DNA from: Roseomonas sp.
Lineage (GTDB): Bacteria > Pseudomonadota > Alphaproteobacteria > Acetobacterales > Acetobacteraceae
Assembly: GCA_036563555.1 (NCBI GenBank)
Contig: DATCMG010000529.1
Coordinates: forward strand, 1-37,595
DNA: 37,595 nucleotides
Direction of reading: 5' to 3'
Below the pieces are notes generated by a model that ran no database searches, was not told the DNA's origin, and saw only the letters and a list, made by a program, of their open reading frames with translations. The position numbers were made by a program, and so were the translations under genes. Shown in pieces: positions 35,451 to 37,595 of this stretch (within the stretch, counting starts at the first letter, position 1; every line of letters begins with the position of its first letter).

Positions 35451-35615
35451 CTACGGTGCGTTGACATTCATCGTGATGCGATGATGGCCGCGGCGAGGCT
35501 CATGCTGGCCCGGAAGCTGATGTCGGTCTTGTCGCAGCGGGTGGCGATGACCTTGAACTCCTTGAGCTTGGCAAAGAGGTTCTCGATGAGGTGCCTCCAG
35601 CCACTCCCTGTCTAG
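35451..35615 (-). mobile_element. IS5-family transposase 3' remnant with terminal sequence
   Basis: Minus-strand frame WRHLIENLFAKLKEFKVIATRCDKTDISF; ends in AATGTCAACGCACCGTAG. Confidence 0.75.
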
Positions 35616-35724
35616 CCAGACCTTGTCGACTAAAGCCGTCATCATACGCCTAGCAGGCTGGAGTCGGGATATGGGCTATACCCAGAAGAAAACCTTAACT
35701 GTCAAAGCGACAGGGCCTGCTCCG

Positions 35725-36579
35725 ATGCGTCACCGCCAGCCCTTGCTCGCCAGTGCGTTGCTGACGGCGGTTCTGCTGACCGCACCAGCGGCGGCGCAGG
35801 ACGAGCCGATCGATCTGGCAGATGATCCTTTCGAGATCAGCGACCCCATCGCGGCGGCGCCCGGCACGGCAGAGATCGGCTTCGTCGGGGCCTATGAACG
35901 GGCCCGGCGCGGGCGGGTTCGGGACACCTGGGCCGGCGAGATGGAGATCGAGCTTGGCGTTGCGCCACGCCTGGAGCTGCGCATCGGGCAGGGCGGCGCG
36001 CATGGCAACCTCGAGACGCGCCGCCGGCTCGGGGCGGTTTCCGACCTGGCCGAGGGGACTGGAAACGCCGGGACACCCGAGGACGGGGACCGCCCGCGCT
36101 GGGGTGGCACGACGCAGTTCGGTGCCCTTTACCAGCTCTCGGATGACCGGGGCGCCGCCCCGGCGATCGGCCTGCTCGGGCGCCTGCGAACGCTCTATGG
36201 CCCGGGGCGGACAGGCTACGAGGCCGAGGGAGTGGTCCTGATCGGCAAAACGATCAGCAGCGGGCGGCTGCCCTTCGGGGCGCATGTGAATCTCGGCTGG
36301 ACGACCCGGCTCGACCCGCAGCCGGGCGAGCGGACGAACCGCTATCTACTGAACGCCTCGCTCGGCCAGGCGGTCACGCAGGACACGGCGCTGGTCGTGA
36401 CCTATGCCCGGTCGCAACAGGAGCGGGGTGACCGGGACTTCAGCCTCCTCCAGGCCGGTGTCCGGCATCGCTTGCCGGGCGGAGGCCCCGTGCTGGGGCT
36501 GGCGATCGGTACGGGGCTGAACCGGGACTCTCCACGCTTCCAGATCGCGTTTGCGGTGCAGTGGGCGCTCAGCAATTAG
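35725..36579 (+). CDS. exported protein, probable outer-membrane beta-barrel (MetA-pathway-like transporter)
   Basis: Sec signal ending APAAA-Q; alternating amphipathic strands; aromatic C-terminal strand FQIAFAVQW. Confidence 0.6.
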   Translation: MRHRQPLLASALLTAVLLTAPAAAQDEPIDLADDPFEISDPIAAAPGTAEIGFVGAYERARRGRVRDTWAGEMEIELGVAPRLELRIGQGGAHGNLETRRRLGAVSDLAEGTGNAGTPEDGDRPRWGGTTQFGALYQLSDDRGAAPAIGLLGRLRTLYGPGRTGYEAEGVVLIGKTISSGRLPFGAHVNLGWTTRLDPQPGERTNRYLLNASLGQAVTQDTALVVTYARSQQERGDRDFSLLQAGVRHRLPGGGPVLGLAIGTGLNRDSPRFQIAFAVQWALSN

Positions 36580-36590
36580 GGCGTCTCTAG

Positions 36591-37498
36591 CAGCCTGTCG
36601 GATTCCCGATGAGCCTGAGATCGGCGAATCTGTTCGGCATGACGCAGTTCATTCCGTTTAGCCGTGACCAAGCCTTCCTGCTGCCGCCTGACGCGAAGGA
36701 CTGGCTGCCCTCGGACGACGTGGCGCGTTTCGTCGTTGCCGCGGTTGATCGGGTGCCGCTCGGCGCCTTCGCCGTGCGCCCGACCCCCGGCGGCAAGGCG
36801 CAGTATCACCCACGGCTGCTGCTGGCGCTGCTGATCTACGCCTACGCCAAAGGCATCTTCTCTTCGCGCCGCATCGACCGGGCGACGCACCGCGACCTCG
36901 GGCTGCGCTACGTGGCGGCGAACCTGCATCCGGACCACGGCACGATCGTGACCTTCCGTCGGGCTAACCACACTGATCCTCGCCACCGGCGTTGTCGCTT
37001 CGACCGCCGATGCGCCGAGCTTTGCCTCAACCATCCTTGGCATGGAGCACGGCATCGGCCTGCCGAAGACCGTCCTCGCCGACACCGGGTTTGCCTTGGG
37101 CGACGCAGTCGCTGCCCTGGAAGCGCGGAACATTGAGCCGCTGGTCGCCATCGGCCGGACCCAGCCGCACCGGCCCTACGATTTCCGGCCCCCGCCCGAG
37201 CCCAAAACGCCGCGCCCCAACACCCAGCCCTGGCGTCTTGCCATGCAAGCCAAGCTGGAGACCCCCGATGCCAAAGCCCGCTATGCCCACCGAAAGCAGA
37301 CCGTCGAACCAGTCTTCGGCATCATCAAGTCCGGCCTCGGTTTCACCCGCTTCCACCTCCGCGGCATCGCCAAGGTCACCAGCGAGTGGACCCTGATCGC
37401 GCTCGCCTACAACTGCCGCAGGCTTCACCGCCTGCGGCTGTCCGCCTGATCCACAACCCGACTATCCCGCCGGCAGCAGATCCAAACCCGACAGTCAG
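36591..37498 (+). mobile_element. IS1182-family element with internal deletion
   Basis: IRs CAGCCTGTCGG / CCGACAGTCAG (9/11); CTAG on both flanks (36587-36590, 37499-37502); DUF772 N-terminus joined out of frame near 36970 to the C-terminal DDE part (VLADTGF, RKQTVEPVFG). Confidence 0.88.
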
Positions 37499-37595
37499 CT
37501 AGGGTCTGTGACTGGACTGCCTGACAGGCCCTTTTGGCGCTGATCTGGTCTGCGGACGCGCCAGCTTGGACGTTCTCAGGGCTTTCAGGGTGGCA

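Noticed and set aside
1-37595. EcfG (GGAAC-N16/17-CGTT) promoters, tRNA/rRNA genes, hammerhead cores
   Set aside because: Only partial matches found by eye; none convincing

Overview
GC-rich alphaproteobacterial accessory DNA. The gene content (Bug/TctC binding proteins, DUF1194, DUF6894, HWE kinase) suggests a Roseomonas/Acetobacteraceae-like host; this is inference. It is most likely part of a plasmid, since it carries a type Ib parA-parG(RHH) locus with centromere-like repeats, a Cre-like tyrosine recombinase with an adjacent lox-like site, and two type II TA modules (HicAB, HigBA-like). The most striking part is a phage-satellite-like core at 10206-17434. It encodes a SpoVG-like protein, a ~1200 aa AEP primase fused to a 4-Cys DinG/XPD-like SF2 helicase, an HGGxSTG-like ORF and an orphan small terminase, with no large terminase, portal or capsid genes in the window. 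The primase-helicase gene contains a 25-bp inverted repeat, and two predicted antisense RNA units lie upstream of it. Other satellite-like parts lie further along: an Xre switch with a divergent operon containing three twin-arginine paralogs (27121-29958) and a tandem double-excisionase protein. Cargo is largely stress and signalling genes: two GAF kinases, two single-domain response regulators, ROSE/RpoH-controlled Hsp20, Crp/Fnr flanked by DUF6894 genes, PilZ, DinB, a CPA1 antiporter and AraC-LysE. There are IS3 and IS5 remnants and an internally deleted IS1182. All assignments are from motif recognition by eye; no searches were run.
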